This document shows positions 61,583 to 64,000 of a stretch of 64,000 bases of DNA, piece by piece (the stretch's first letter is position 1; the number at the start of each line of letters is the position of its first letter). The stretch covers positions 11,594,001-11,658,000 of the forward strand of contig NW_024704755.1 in assembly GCF_018977255.1 (NCBI RefSeq). Reading direction: 5' to 3'. The notes under the pieces were generated by a model. That model saw nothing but the letters and a program-made list of their open reading frames with translations. It was not told the origin of the DNA and made no database searches. The position numbers and the translations under genes are program-made. The stretch is from Callorhinchus milii. Its lineage: Eukaryota.

Positions 61583-63695
61583 TCCTCTGAACTCCTCTCC
61601 CTCTGGCCTTCAACCCTCACTGACCCCTCTTCTCCTCTCACCCTCCTCCACAACACCCTCTCCTCCACACTCAACACTTTTGCCCCCATCACCTCCCGTA
61701 CTGTCTCCTACTCTCGCTTCTCCCCCTGGTTCACCACCCACCTCCGCTCACTGAAGAGCCAGGTGCGGGCCGCTGAACGCACCTGCCTCAAATCTGGCCT
61801 AACGGTCCACCGACAAATCTGGCTGGACCTCTTCAAAATCTACCGCTCCACTTTAGCCTCGGCCAAGTCGTCCTTTTACTCCAGGATAATCCTGGAGGCG
61901 AAGAACAACGCCAGGCTTCTGTTCTCCACCACATCTCCTCCATCCCCCCCGCCACCCCGCGCAGGTCATCTCCTCCAACCTTCACTGTGAGGAGATGCTG
62001 GATTTACTTGAATCCAAAATCAAGGGAATCCGCTCCACGGTCACCTCCCCTCCAACCTCCACCCACCCTCCACCCCCTCCCTCCCACACTCCGACTCCTA
62101 CCCATCCTCCCCTACACACCTGTACCCGTTTCCTCACCCTCTGTCACCAAACTCATCCTATCCCTGAAACCCACCACCTGCTCCCTTGACCCCATCCCCA
62201 CTCCACTCCTTATCTCTCAGCTCCACCTCCTTGCCCCACATATCACAGACATCATCAACCTGTCCCTCTCCTCTGGCTCTGTTCCCATTCCCCTAAAAAC
62301 TGCCACCATCACTCCCACTTTGAAAAAACCCTCCCTTGATGCGTCGCAGCTATCAAGCTACCGGCCCATCTCCAACCTCCCCTTCCTGTCCAAGGTCCTC
62401 GAAAGAGTTGTCGCCTCCCAACTGCGCTCTTTCCTCTCCACCCATTCATTATTCGAACCTCTTCAGTCGGGTTTCCGTGCTGCCCACAGCACAGAAACTG
62501 CCCTGGTCAAGGTCACCAATGACATCCTGACCATCTGCGACCAGGGCTCCCTCTGCCTCCTCGTCCTCCTCGACCTATCGGCAGCATTCGATACGGTCGA
62601 CCACGCTATCCTCCTCCACCGCTTGTCCTCCCACCTCAACCTTCAAGACCCTGTCCTTGAGTGGTTTAGGTCGTACCTCTCCCACCGTCTTCATTTTGTT
62701 TCCACAAACGGCTTTTCCTCCACCCCCCGCACTGTCTCGTGCGGTGTCCCTCAGGGCTCTGTCCTCGGTCCCCTCCTCTTCACCCTCTATATGCTCCCCC
62801 TTGGTGACATCATCCGCAGACATGGGGTTAACTTCCACATGTATGCGGATGACACCCAACACTACATTTCCTCCTCTACCCTCAACTCCACGACCACCGA
62901 CGTCCTGACAGCTGCCTGTCCGACATCGAGTCCTGGACAAGAGACAACTTTCTTCAGCTCAACGTGCGTAAAACTGAGGCCCTCCTGATTGGCTCACGTC
63001 AGCGCCTCCGCACCTCAGGGGCTGATAGCATCAGCATCCAAGGCTGCACTCTCCACCTCTCAAAGCCATCAGGAACCTCGGGGTTCTGTTCAACTCTGAG
63101 CTGTCCTTTCTTCCTCATATCCGCACCACAACTGGCACCACTTTCCATCACCTCCGAAATATCGCCAGACTACGGCACTACCTCACCCCTCACGCTGCTG
63201 AAACTCTGGTCCATGCCTTTGTCACCTTAAGGCTGGACTATGGGAACTCTCTCCTCGTCGGCCTTCCCGCCACCTCCCTCCACACTGCAGGTCATTCAGA
63301 ACTCTGCAGCTCGTGTGCTGTCCCGCACCAGACACCGCGACCACATCACTCTCACCCTCGCCCTCGCCTCCACTGGCTCCCCATCCCCCAGAGGATCGAA
63401 TTCAAGAACCTCATCCTCACCTTCAGCCTCTCAGCCCCTAGGCTCTGGAACTCTATCCCCCAGTGCCTTCGCCTTGCTTCCTCCCTTTCCTCCTTCAAGG
63501 CCGGTCTCAAGACCTTTCTCTTTGACTGTGCCTTCAGCTCCCCTCTCAACTCTCTACCTCCTCCTCGCTCCCTCCCTTCCCTCCCCTCACCCTAACCATT
63601 TCCCCCCTGCTCGGGTCCTGAATCAACTGTACAGCGCCTTGGGACGTCCTCCCGACGTGAAAGGCGCTCTATAAATGGAATCCTGTTATTGTTGT
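61583..63695 (+). mobile_element. Relatively young L2 LINE, 2.1 kb, 5'-truncated, RT with frameshifts, nested in an older L2
   Basis: [59 protein letters not shown]; 3' end GCGCCTTGGGACGTCCTCCCGACGTGAAAGGCGCTCTATAAAT followed by TTG repeats. Confidence 0.92.
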
Positions 63696-63978
63696 TCCTG
63701 CATGTTGGCTTCCTCAACACCTCCCTCCATGGGCTGCAGATCATCCAGAACTGTGGTTTGTGGTTTCTGCTTATGTTGCAATGCCCCATTACGTTTTGTG
63801 AAACAAAACCCTTCTGCTGTGCTGTTTTCAGTTCCGTAGAAAATCTACTGATGAAAGCACCGTCTCTATCTGAAGCAGCAATCAATTATTTTAAACAACT
63901 GCATTTTAATCCATTCTGGAGAGAAGAGTTTTCAATGCATGGTTGATTGTAAAAGCAACGGAGCAAATTGTTACCAGA

Positions 63979-64000
63979 ATGATGCCGGGCAATATGTCTT
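63979..64000 (+). CDS. Start of a further divergent LTB4R-like copy (runs off the window)
   Basis: ATG ATG CCG GGC AAT ATG TCT (MMPGNMS) is identical to the start of the 59201 copy, preceded by ~210 bp homologous to the upstream flank of the other copies. Intactness unknown. Confidence 0.7.

Noticed and set aside
61987-62988. 333-aa ORF with an RT domain as a host gene or active LINE
   Set aside because: 5'-truncated L2 with frameshifts on both sides and no endonuclease domain.
1-64000. CRISPR arrays, operons or other prokaryotic systems
   Set aside because: The sequence is vertebrate; the repeats are SINEs, LINEs and segmental duplications, with no regular repeat-spacer array.

Overview
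Vertebrate genomic DNA, most likely from a cartilaginous fish (inferred from the repeat content: Deu-domain SINEs, a young tRNA-head SINE with an (ATT)n tail, and L2, CR1 and Penelope fragments). The first ~23 kb is repeat-rich, with no convincing coding exon. From 23.8 kb to the window end lies an evolving cluster of intronless class A GPCRs of the leukotriene B4 receptor (BLT/LTB4R) family. It holds two canonical-looking intact genes (23.8 kb, 33.9 kb), one full-length pseudogene with a TM1 stop (45.3-46.3 kb), and a recently amplified divergent sub-clade. That sub-clade has intact copies at 50.1, 53.2 and (inverted) 59.2 kb, decayed copies at 43.6 and 56.3 kb, and another copy starting at the right edge. 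The standout observation is that this sub-clade has lost both cysteines of the near-universal TM3-ECL2 disulfide and the ECL1 WxFG motif, and carries a polybasic ECL2 (RDGRPRLKRR) with a furin-type R-x-K-R site. Other notable structures are an inverted relic of a receptor's 5' end, a possible SINE 3' transduction, templated inverted insertions and several long hairpins. All alignments and counts were done by eye; repeat boundaries are approximate.
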